From Calcarisporiella thermophila CBS 279.70 (Eukaryota > Fungi > Calcarisporiellomycota): a stretch of 64,000 bases of DNA. The notes beneath the pieces are model-generated. The model saw only the letters and a list, made by a program, of their open reading frames with translations. It did not search any database and was not told the DNA's origin. Below, piece by piece: positions 52,746 through 64,000 of this stretch. The stretch lies in contig NW_027192198.1 of the NCBI RefSeq assembly GCF_041956535.1, positions 226,551-290,550 of the forward strand, read 5' to 3'. Within the stretch, counting starts at the first letter, position 1. Each line of letters opens with the position of its first letter. The translations under genes were made by a program, and so were the position numbers.

Positions 52746-54673
52746 ATTCTTCTTTATTTGACAAATGTAAAATAAAAGAAGATTATGCCTATTGCTCCTC
52801 TCTTTTCCTATACATTTTTGCTCTGCTTGTACTCTACGTACACGATGGTCCACCTTAATATTGAAAAGCGCAAAAAAAGATCGTTGAATACAGCGTAGAC
52901 ATCGCATCAAATATACATTCCACAATCCAATGAAGTTGCTTTAATAAGAAGATACCCAATTTGGGTATGATATGGAAATTAGATCTTGTTACAGCAGAAA
53001 GGATGTCATTGTCTATTGTCTGATGGGCTCTGGTAGACTTATTGTGGATTAGGTGGGAGGAAGGGAGGAAAGAAAAGAGCGAGAAAACAGTTTGAGAATT
53101 TTGATTATATTAGGTAACCCATATGGGCTTCGCCAATTATAATGTCTTCTTTAATGTGCGATAGTACCATGGTTTTTGTTCCTCTTCCCTGCTTCTCCCT
53201 TTCCTACACCCTCTTGTATCGTTAAGACGTTTGATGTCTCTCATTCCATCGAACATCTTAACAATCAAGTACTGCTTATACAAATCTATATTCATTTACC
53301 CCACGTTTCGATTCGCCTCCGATGGCCTAATATAGTTCTTATGATATCGTTTAATGTTTAAATTTGCTTTGAGAACTCTAAAGATAGTAGTTATGCGACA
53401 CTGAATTAGAGTGTAAGTTCAGGCGCCTGATCACATTGCATTGGAAGTATGCCAAGATCAGTTAGCTGCCTATTCCGACTCGCCGGGCAATTTATTGCAT
53501 AAGCCGAGTGAAAAAATGATGGATATCCAAGTACGAAGAATTGTGCCTTTCTTTCTTCCACGGGTTTCCAACGAAGCGTGATTCTATAGCGACGTAAGCC
53601 TGAAACTAGAGACTTAAGCTATGCGTGCTTCCCAAGTCTCAACAGTGGTCTAACCAATTCCGCTTCATTGTTAGAGCGAAAAAGGCTCGATCTAGGCCCA
53701 TTTGCCCGATTGCCTACAATTCCAGTCTCGATCCAGCTCTACAGATTGAGCCAAAATGTGACATAATGGAAGTAGAGGGTAGAACCTGTGCAAAATTGTT
53801 TTGCCTAAATTTTCAAAAGTGAGCTCCTTTGAAGAGTAATACAAAGAGATTATATTTGCTTAATTGCTATGTATGCATCTTTAATGTCACCGCCAACACC
53901 ATTGCTGAGATAATATTAGAAGCAAATTGATATCTATTGATAGGGTAAAGAGTGCTGTGCGATAGATTCGCAGTTTCTATTATTGACTTAAGCTCATTGC
54001 AACCTCATGCCAAAACGTGTTCGCAATACCAGCAAGTCAATCCCAGTGCGACTAAGGGAAAAAGAGGGGAAATGGTGAAGAGAATACGCGATGGTTCGTG
54101 TGAAACTTGATTTGCTTAGTCCCTGTCAAAACAGAAAGGTCAAACCTTTGTGTTGGGCTAAAGCACAAGCCAATTACTAGCTGGCCTAAGTGCTCCGCTG
54201 CCGGAGGACTGCCATCGCCTTTTAATTTACATGCTGCCCGTATGGAGAAAGGAGGCAGAGAGCCCGAAGAGCTTATTTACATTCAAGACAGTCCTTGCCT
54301 TGGAAGCAAGAACGTCCATGTGACAGGACTGTCATAACCTAAAGTCCAGTCAAACTTCATCACTCTACGCGGAACTTTACCCCAACGGAGACCGGTATTG
54401 GCGAAATGATCACATGGCGCAGATAAAATATTAAAATCCATATAAATTTTTGGTCCCGCTTTTAGTAATAAATATTTTTTTGGTATTTTGGATTTTCTTT
54501 TCCTCTTTCTCTCTCTTTGCTCATCCCCCTCTCGCCGGTCTAAGTGCTAGTCTTTGTGGTTCTATGTGTTTGCCCGCTGCTTAATTTGATTGAAGTATAT
54601 TCATCTCATCTCTACAGATGACCTGCTTGCCTCGCCCCTTACTAATTCTTATCGCGTTACATACATTAGAGAA

Positions 54674-56206
54674 ATGTCGAATTTTAACTTGGTAGATTTT
54701 AGTACCGCTGTATCCTCATTCATCCCATCCCACCTCAAGAATAGCAGTAGTACGCGTTCCATAGTAGACGTGGAGCTAGCCGAATCGCATATTCTTCCTC
54801 CCACAACAAAGCAGCCAACACGGGAGCTGCTTCAAAAGTCCCTCTGGTTGCTAGGACACAACCTCACCTCTTTCACGTCTGATGTGGTCTCGCATATTGT
54901 CGTAGGCCCAAAGCGACGCTCCTGGCCCCTCCTGCTTACCCTGTTCAATTCCTTCATGCGAAATGTGACCGCGCACTACCATCTTGCCAACCTAAAGCGA
55001 ATGCGCCGCGCGGCTTGTTTCCCTGTATTAATGCCCCTATGGGACGTGATCATTACACCCGCGTCGTTTAAAGTCCGTCCGATCGGACTTCCCGGCATCC
55101 TTGCAGAAATGGACGCACAGGAAGATGGACGGGAAATCGATGCGGAATGGGTGGTGGATGGATCAGTATGGCGACAAGAAAGTCACTGCTTTTGTACGGC
55201 AGAGATAGTGGAGGATGGCCGGGGAAACCAGGAGAAGATTGTGCTCTACTTCCATGGGGGTGCCTATTATCTTATGTCCGCGAAGACCCACCGTGAGCTG
55301 GTGTCGCGCGTTTCCAAAGCGACGGGTCGCCGGGTGTTCTCGGTTGATTACCGCCTATCCCCAGAAAATCCATTTCCAAGTGCGCTACAGGACGCCGTGC
55401 GTTCATTCTTCTATTTGATTGACACCAAGGGAGGGCCCGGATTTAAACCGCAAAACATTACAGTTATGGGTGATTCGGCCGGTGGGAACCTGGCTCTGAC
55501 CATGATGTTATATCTACGCGATCAAGGCTTCCCGCTCCCTGAAGCATGCGTCCTGTTCTCGGTAAGCTAAACTATTCTACTCGACGATTGGTTTCAGGAT
55601 CTTGTGCTCTAACAATGCTATCTCTTTTTATAGCCTTGGGTCGATCTTTCTATGTCTTTTCCGAGTTGGGACACCAACAGCGAGTACGATTATCTTCCCA
55701 AGCCCAAACCTGACGATCCGCTTAATCCCATGATCCTCTACTTGCACTCCACACGCTATTCTCCGCGTCACCCCTACGTCTCCCCCCTCTTCCACAGCAA
55801 TCTCTCGGGGCTACCTCCCGTCCTAATCCAGTGCGGCGATGCTGAGGTGCTTCGTGATGAGATTGTGGCTCTAGCGCGCAAATTCCACGAGAAATCCAAC
55901 ACGTTTTTTGTGTTTGAAAAGTACGATGACATGATTCACGTGTTCCATGGTTTTCCGTTCTTGGAGGCAACCCGCAAGGCGCTCGAGAGCGTGGGCCACT
56001 TCACGCGCTTCTCCGTGCCTGCTTATTATTTTGCCAAGGGCAAATACTTGCCCCATTCGAACCGCCCAAGCATGGGGGCTGCAACCGGAAAGGCAGTGAC
56101 AACCGACATGATCCCGACGGAAAAGTGCGCTCCGAAGCGTCCGGCACTACGATCTTCGCACTCGCAGCCCAATTTGCATCGGATTATGGGGTTTAGTGGG
56201 CTTTAA
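54674..56206 (+). CDS. Alpha/beta-hydrolase of the hormone-sensitive lipase family (esterase/lipase); 2 exons
   Basis: LYFHGGAY, DYRLSPENPFP, catalytic GDSAGGNL, FS|PWVDLS, GDAEVLRDE, DMIHVF. Confidence 0.93.
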
Positions 56207-56968
56207 TGGACACGGGCAAAGACAAGCATATGTAATGTTGTTGTTTTTTTCTCTTGGAATATCCTCCCCCCCCCTCTCTCTCATCCCTTTAGCTTGTTTT
56301 ATTCATTTTTTTTTCTTCTCTAAAACTGAAAACACTTCTAAATTTAGTAGATAATGTAGTTTAGGTTTAGAACATCTCTTAATATAATACACTTTTAAGC
56401 CCTTTCTTTTCTCATTACAACCATTTTCTATTTACTCCCTGGTTTTACATTTTTTTTTGTTTGCCTAGATATGATGGGCCAATATTTATATGCTCCATTT
56501 TTGTATCAAATTAAAATAATAAATACCGAATTTTGAAGAATTGCTCTGGAGATGGTGAGAGGAAATTAAAAAACCTGTAAGGAGGCAAAAATAGCGGAGC
56601 TTGTTTTTTCCACTTGGTAGTCGCCAGACTTTCATAGAAGTTATACTGTAATAATTTTCGTCAACCTTATTTTGCAATCAGCTGCAGATTGCGACCGATG
56701 CAGCCTCTGTCCACAACACATCAGATGCAGGGTAAGCTTATGCCGCTGGTTGATATTCAGCATGCTTGCATCGAGAGAACAGTTTGTTCCGTAACTGCAT
56801 GCTCCGAGATATTTCATCAAAGACAATTAATTCCATATTCATATGCATGGGATAAACAAACAGGCCGGTAATGCGAGCGCGGAAAAAAAATGGAATAGGG
56901 GAATAGATGTGGCAATAGTGGTAGGAGTAGTAATGGAATATGGAGAATACGACAGAATGAATAATAAA

Positions 56969-58684
56969 TCAAGGCTTAAAGCACAGAGTAACACTGGTAA
57001 TCAAAGCTAACACCATAACGAGGAGCGCACTCACTCGATCCCCCATCCAGAAAAAGGCCCTGGCCAGATCGCCCATCACGCCACCCATACCCTCTCTTGT
57101 CGCTCGGATTTCCTTATTATCGATAAGATCGAAGGGGAGTTTTGCTCCCATTGCCTCCGCAATTCTCATGCCCGATATAAACCCATCTTCATGGAAGCCA
57201 TAGCATGTCCATGCGCCCGCAAACCATGCCAAGTTCTTGCCCTGGATGGTGTGAAGTTCGTTCTGGGCCTTTATGAGCACAGGGGTGTACTCTGGATGGG
57301 TATACTCGAAGGAGGCAAAAGTCAGTGCTGGCTCCGGTGGAGAGAGAGGATTAAGCGTAACAAAAATTTCTATGTCATGGGGAATATAGCGCTGAAGATT
57401 GTTCATCCAATACGTGCTAGTGCATATCAGGCGCAATTAGCTACGGCATGTTAATGCAACAAAGGAAAAGAGAGAGACACCTACAGTGAAACCTGGCCGA
57501 CATTTTTGGATGTAGTGGTTGATCGGGTCAAATAATTCCAGGAGGTCCAGGCCAACCTTCGGGTTGGCATATACTAGCAAGTAGGATGGTTAGGAAAAGG
57601 GAACGCGGCGGCAGAATAACACAGGAATATACTTTTTTATCGCAGTGCACCACGGCAACGTTCTTTGAGAACCTAATGCCGCCCAGCACGGCACGCTCCT
57701 CCTTCGTTGCGTCCTCGCCCAACATTGACAGTGTCTCGTCTGCATGGCTTGCAAACACCACCTGATCATATTCGTCACTCCCCCCCTTCGCGTCTTGCAC
57801 CACCACCTTTCCTTTTTGGCGACGTATGCAGGTCACCGGGGTGGAGAGACGGATGTCGTCCACTTTTTCGATCATTTTGGATATATAGCTTCGACTATTT
57901 TAGTAGTAGGATACCAGTTAGTTAGAGTGTGAAAACCAGCAGGCAATGCCGACGCAAACCTTCCGTTCCTGACGGTGTACCACTGTGGCCTGTTGGCCAC
58001 CTGCATTAGGCAGTGGTTGTGCATGAAGCGAATAAGGGTGTATGCCGGGAAATCCATAGCGCATTTATCTGGAGGAGTGGACCAAATGGCGGCCGTCATA
58101 GGCTACGGACACAGAGGTATCAGCGGTGAGAAGATTGTTAAATATTCCAATGGAAGGAAAGACATTACCAGCAGGTAGTCATCTTTAAATTCTTGTGAAT
58201 AGCCTCCCCGTTCCAGAAATGCCCCTAGTGAGATTTCGCGATCTGGATGTCCCTCGGGGAGGGTCAATATGAGCGGGGCGCAGTGATTGAACTTCAGAAT
58301 ATCGTATACCATGCGCCAGTGCCCAGGTCTAAATAGATTGCTCAGTTGTGCAAACACCGTCGCTAGGTTGGTTCCTGCCCATTCAAATCGGCCCGAATCG
58401 CGTGAGACGGAGAAAGACATCTCGCTATCCATGAAATCAACGTTCTTGAGCTTGAAGAAACGGATAAGATTCGGATAGGTGAGGGAATTAAAGACGATAA
58501 ATCCCGTGTCAACGGGAACAGTACGAGATTTGTCGCCGGTGGGGGAAGTGTAGTCAATAGTATGGGTATGCCCACCGAGGTAATCATTCTTCTCGTAGAG
58601 CGTTACTTGATGAGGCGAGTGCTCGGCGAGAAGCCAGGCGGCAGAGAGCCCTGATATTCCGGATCCCACTATTGCGATTTTCAT
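56969..58684 (-). CDS. COG2907-type FAD-dependent oxidoreductase (amine-oxidase fold; UfaD / plant CPA-synthase N-domain-like); about 5 exons
   Basis: MKIAIVGSGISGLSAAW, GGHTHT, VDTGFIVFN..TYPNL, SEMSFSVS, PMTAAIWS, RFMHNH, TYWMNNLQ, FVTLNP, YTHP, GAWTCYGFHEDG; C-terminal hydrophobic tail. Confidence 0.92.
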
Positions 58685-59086
58685 GATGCGCGGATTCTGG
58701 TCAAGAGGGGGGAACTTGGATTTGGAAATGCTCTGCGAAAAAGACTCGAGCAGGAATGCGGCTCGCGGGTTAAATAGAACAGGGAAGAGGGTTGAGCGGT
58801 GGGGCAGTCTAGGATTTTCTATTCGCTCTCGATTGATCAAGCCCGATGGAATCTTATTTGGATGGAGGCCGTCTCCGCGCATCGTCAATTAATCGTTCCT
58901 GTTTGAGATCACCAGTCACAGGCTCAATGCATACCCGCCCGCCCCGACTTTGTTCCCGCGCGAAATCCTCTCGATAATGAAGCCCGAGTGCATATAAATT
59001 AAAATCCTCGCCGGATCCCCCCCTTTGCAACGCACGTCATTCTTGCGCCCGAATTATCCTCTTCCCCCCTTCCCAAATCCCACCCC

Positions 59087-60467
59087 ATGTCCGCCATATC
59101 GCCCCCCTGGTATGAATCCCTGCTTGACAAGGGGATTGTTCCCGACTTCCTCATGCGCCGTGTGGTGCGCTATCTCCTTCGCGAGCGCCTCTCGGAGATA
59201 GGCCACTCCACCACGGAGAAGCAGATTGCAGAGAAGATGGCGTATGTGGAGCGCTTACGCGAACGGCCCATTGCTGAGCATACCGACAAAGCAAATGAAC
59301 AGCACTACGAGGTGTCGACCGAATTCATGAAGCTATCCCTTGGAGAACGAATGAAGTATTCATGTTGCTACTTCCCCAAAGGTCCTTCTGGCTCAAGTGG
59401 CTTGGGAAATCTTATCCAATTGCTCATCCTCTCTCTTCTTAATTCAGGAGTGACTTCGCTAAATGAAGCAGAAAATCTCATGCTTGACTTGTACTGCCAG
59501 CGAGCACAGGTCGAGGATGGAATGTCCATTCTGGATCTTGGGTGCGGATGGGGCAGCTTATGTCTCTATCTATGTGAGGTATATATCGTTTTGGGACTTT
59601 TATAGCACTTGTCAGCACTTCTAATTTTAATATATAACAGAAATTCCCGAAAGCCAACATCACCGCTCTCTCCAACTCTTCCACCCAACGGCAATACATT
59701 GAAAACGAGGCTCGCCAACGTGGATTCAAGAATCTTAAGGTGATAACTGCGGATGTGAAAACGCACGACTTTGATATCAAAGAGCAGTACGTGTCCTCTC
59801 GAGGGTGACTTTTTCATCATTTGCTCACGCTGTTGTATCCTTTACGTTAGATTCGATCGTGTTATCAGCATTGAGATGTTCGAACATATGAAAAACTATG
59901 ACTTTTTACTACAGAAAACCTCGACTTGGATTCGGCCGGGTGGGCTTTTATTCGTCCACATTTTCTGCCATAAACAAAATCCGGTAAGAAACATGGGACT
60001 TATTCTTTTATTGAGCACTATTTCTATATCTTGGGTATTCTCTTTTTCAGTATGATTTTATCGAAAGCGATGGTTGGATGTCTCGATATTTCTTCACCGG
60101 TAAGCGCATTTCAGAACTATACGATTGAACTCCCCTCTTTAATCCTCTTCTGGCCCTTCAACCAGGTGGGACTATGCCGTCTGCCGATCTCCTGCTCTTC
60201 TTTTCTCAGCCTTCGCTTCAATTCCGACGCTACTGGTACTTATCCGGCGAGCATTATGCAAAGACAAGTGAGGCTTGGCTTCGTAATATGGATGCACGTA
60301 AGCGTGAGATGATCCCCTATCTGGAGGAGACTTACGGCAAAGGCAATGCCGCAGAAATCTGGTTCCAGCGGTGGAGAGTATTTTATATCGCAGTGGCCGA
60401 AATGTTCGCGTACGAAGGAGGGAATGAATGGGGAGTTGCCCATTACCTGTTCGAGAAGTCGAAGTAA
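59087..60467 (+). CDS. SAM-dependent methyltransferase of the CFA-synthase/CMAS superfamily (coclaurine N-methyltransferase-like clade); about 6 exons
   Basis: ANEQHYEV, MKYSCCYF, ILDLGCGWGSL, SNSSTQR, DRVISIEMFEHMKNY, LFVHIFCH, GGTMPSADLL, HYAKTSEAWL, WRVFYIAVAEMF, EWGVAHYLF. Confidence 0.93.
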
Positions 60468-60867
60468 TTATCACACTCATGTCTCGCATTGATAGTGGCT
60501 TTTGATTATAATTACGATTTCGCGGTCTTAATGATAATTATGGTACTACTACTCCCCCCTAACTCCATTGCATCATGCATTCTTCTGGTTCGTGTTCTTT
60601 ACAACGCATCTTTATTTTGTCATGTCAATAAAAAAGGAAAAAAAAAGAAAAATATCATGTGATAAAATTGAGCATAAAAACATGCAGGCAAGAGGTTAAA
60701 AGATTGATTCAGCGTCATAATTCGGCTTAGAATACAAAAAAAAAAGGATGAGAAAATAGTATGAGAAAGAGAAACAAACAAACAAACAAAACAAAAGCGT
60801 ATTATTTCATATAAAATAATAACAGAGGTCTAGAAGAAATTAAAGCGAGAAAAAGGAAAATAAGATC

Positions 60868-63695
60868 CTATGTATCGTACCCATACACAGAGGCATGATA
60901 TTCGCGATCCGAAGGGGGTCGGGGCTGTGCGGTGGCTAGAGGTGGAGATTGCGCTGGTGAAAAGCCACCGGCGGCTCCGATGGCATCTGGGTCGGAGATT
61001 TCCAGCAGCTGGTCGATTGTTCGCGCCAGATTACCGTGATTGGAGTGGAGGACGGCCTCGCACACCTCGGCATCTACATTCGGAAACATGGCCTCAAGTG
61101 TGCGTAGAGCCTGTTCCTGCTGAACCACTGGCAACATGGGAGTCCGAATATGGGTCGTGGTGTGGGGGGGTTGGGTTGGTGGACGGTGAGGTGGGGTCGG
61201 GTGAGGTCTATGATACAATGCCCCTCCAGGGTTGTATGTGTTGTATCCCTGCTGAAAATCGGGTTGTCGCCATCCCATTTGCGCGGGATGCTCTTGTCTG
61301 GAATGAGAAGTAGGCGGCCCATACACATGAGAAGGATAGGGTCTATAGGCCTCACTCATTGCATTATCTTCTGCGTGCCGCGAATAATAGAGCTCCGCAG
61401 GATAATGGTGATCTGCAGTGGCCGAGGAAATGGCTTGCTGGGCATTCGAGATGGCTGAGAAAGTGCCGGCGGGGTGTGGTGCGGGAGTTGCAGGGGCAGA
61501 TATAGCTTGCCGATGGGAAGACCGATCGCTTCCCCTCCTATGTGGTGTTATAGTCCCGCTACCTCCAGATCCCTCCGAATTTGTTTCGCCTTCAGAGCCG
61601 ATATCTGAGAAAATTTTCCCAACGAGATTAAACGGCTTCTGGATGGTTTTTTGTGCATTGTTTAGCCCACGCTCGAGGAAAGCAGCCGCCTTGGCGGGGT
61701 TGATTAAGGGCCCACGGTCCAATGTGGAGCGGCGTGCATGTGGGTGGATCGCATCCTCATAGTTGAGCTTTCCACCATTATTTTCGGGCTGCGGCCGTTC
61801 CTTTTCCAATTCTTTGACCGTCTCCTCAATATTTCTGTAGTCGTACGAAACGGTAAAGTTAGCAACGGTCTCACCATAGCAAATCGTAGGTGTTACTAAT
61901 ATCTGAGAAATTTACCGATCAAACTCCTCCGGTGAGATGGAGAGAGAACTGGCGTCCATATTTTCAATAAAGGATATTGCTCCCATCTAATGAAGATGCT
62001 CTATCAATTTCAGCAGTTTGACGATTTCAGGGGAATATCAACTTACAAGGTTGGTGAGGTAATAACCTGCTTCCGATTGCAACTGTTCAGGGTTCCTGAA
62101 CCTAGAGATAAACTGCACGTTCGAAATCAGCTGCGGCGGATTGGCTTTTAGCACAACATAGATGAGAATAGGAAGAAACTTGTCGGCTCCAGCATCGCCC
62201 TCCACGTGTTTGATCAAACCTAGAATCCAGCATCGGCGTTACAAATGAATCATCACATGGGATAGTCAGGAGAGCCAGAAATTTGGGATACTCACCAAAG
62301 ATAACTTTACAACAATTCAATATACAAATAAGTTTGTCACGAGGTGCTTTAAAGTGGTTAATTTTGAGAAGCTCAGCCACAGCAAAGTTGAGGAAGGATT
62401 CGTTGTGAGGCGTAATGGGAATATCGAGATGCGTTTCATTGATCCAGCGAAAGATGGCAATTTTCTGGCTAAGAACCTCATCGCGCTCCTTATCATCCGT
62501 AGTTTGGGGACAGAAGGTCCTTTGGTATAAAGAGGCGTCATTATCTCATTCCACAACTATAGTGAAGGATGCTTTAACATACCGGTGGTAGAGCCGGTTC
62601 ATCACCAACTTTTCCATGCCCTCGTTGGCATTTTCAATCTCCTGCTCATCGGCGTTGCGCCATAGTTCGCACTCGGTAATTTTCCCTGACATAAACTATA
62701 AACATGAATGGAAAATTATTAAATAGTTTGCCTTCTGATATCATGTTTAGTTCAACGAAGCTACATCTAGAAACTCGCGAATGATCTGTATTTGCTCATT
62801 GACAGTCCATGGTTTTCTCTCAAATTCTCTCAAGAATCTATCCGTCAGTAAGGCAAAAGGAGTGAGCATATTTCAAAGTGATACACAGCATTCTGCCGAG
62901 CTGAAAAGCAGAAAAAAAATATAGAATTGTGTACCGTTTAAAATATCGCGTCAACGGTGTAGCACTGCGATGTCGCAACTGTTCTAGGAACGCATTGAAG
63001 TCAAAGGATTTTGGAACTGGAGAATCACTGTTATAGCGAATGGAAGCAGACGTAATTGGGTCAGGGGTTGGAGACTTGCTAGGCTGCGGAAGTTCACTCT
63101 CTTGTTCAACTGGTTCAAATTCCTCTACTGGTATAAGCGTATTAGACAAGGATTCGTTGGTTGATGAATCGGTACCGGAGTTCGGCATTTTAACATTTTC
63201 CATCACAGATTTGACCTCTACTGTAATGATGGATGAGAGAATTGGACATTAATATTAGAATTCTGATAATTAATTCACAAGAATGGAAAATTAATAGAAT
63301 TATTTACCACCATTTTGCCCATTTCCATCCGAGGTTGCCAATGGGTCAAACTGCAATATTATACTTTCCAGTGCTGGATCATACGAGAATCTCTTCGCCC
63401 GACGTGTATCTTTCTCTTGCGCTGTCTCCTCATTTCTTATCGTATCGGTGCTTAGCTGCAGCATTGCCGCGTTCTGGTTTGATAGAGGATCCGATGCGGT
63501 AGATTTCTCCTGCTGACGGAGTAATGAAAACTTAGGACCTGCTTCCATCATCTCCTTACGCGCTTCATCTTTGTGTTCGGTATGTTTGGCCTCATTCTCT
63601 GCCAAATTTAGGGTATCACGAAGTGAATCGGACAGATCGTTTTCCACCCTGTTGGCTTCTGATGCTTCTGTTAATGTGAGATCTCTACTCTCCAT
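60868..63695 (-). CDS. VPS9: Vps9 Rab5 GEF with C-terminal CUE domain; multi-exon
   Basis: [66 protein letters not shown]; CUE motif [17 protein letters not shown]...IDQLLEIS. Confidence 0.95.
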
Positions 63696-63840
63696 TTCTT
63701 AAAGATATACGGCCAACTGCATTACAAAGAAGTCCCCGCAACGATGGTGATATAAATAAGAGAATAATACACCAGAAATAACCAAAAAAAAATCTTATAA
63801 AGTGGAAAGAAAAGTAGCTGTGTTCAAATTTTGACAAGAT

Positions 63841-63878
63841 CTTATCCTCTTATCCTCTTATCCTCTTATTCCCTCTTA
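63841..63878. repeat. Short tandem repeat of CTTATCCT (about 4 copies, last degenerate)
   Basis: cttatcctcttatcctcttatcctcttattccctctta, upstream of VPS9. Confidence 0.7.
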
Positions 63879-64000
63879 CACTTGGCCCTTTAATAACAAG
63901 CCACCTATGTAAAACTAGCGGGTTTCGAAATTTGGGCTATATATTACTGATGGCCCTAAAGGTTAGTGCAAAGCGCAACAAGGCAGAAGAGGGAAGATAT

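Noticed and set aside
52930-54500. Short ORFs in the long RPL29-esterase intergenic region
   Set aside because: No recognisable motifs, splice pattern or repeat structure.
56969-60467. Recent horizontal transfer of a bacterial operon
   Set aside because: Both genes carry several normal spliceosomal introns and host-like composition, and they are divergent rather than co-directional.

Overview
Gene-dense, intron-rich eukaryotic DNA from a fungus, most likely an early-diverging (Mucoromycota-like) lineage. That placement is inferred from the class IV chitin synthase, the short GT-AG introns, and the A20/AN1 and KIAA0930/DUF2045 genes. I can support about 33 protein-coding genes, assembled by hand across introns. 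Most are housekeeping: chitin synthase, SOD2, PIG-H, samB/MUB1, Rab5, RPL20, CSL4, Med5, TOM22, a Rab11 paralogue, IND1, oligopeptidase B, uL15m, SEC23, RPL29 and VPS9. Many sit in head-to-head pairs, and there is one 557-nt assembly gap. Four things stand out. (1) A divergent pair of a COG2907-type FAD oxidoreductase and a CFA-synthase/CNMT-like methyltransferase lies next to an HSL esterase, a candidate fungal lipid-modification (methyl/cyclopropane/furan fatty acid-type) module. (2) An unannotated non-coding host gene at about 50.4-50.85 kb carries, in its first intron, a U45/SNORD45-like box C/D snoRNA, followed by a back-to-back AG|GT junction that may be a recursive splice site. (3) An intron-bearing pogo/CENP-B protein has lost its third catalytic Asp and looks domesticated. 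(4) The final prenylated Cys codon of Rab5 is split by an intron. All family assignments come from motif recognition from memory, with no database searches, and exon boundaries are manual estimates.
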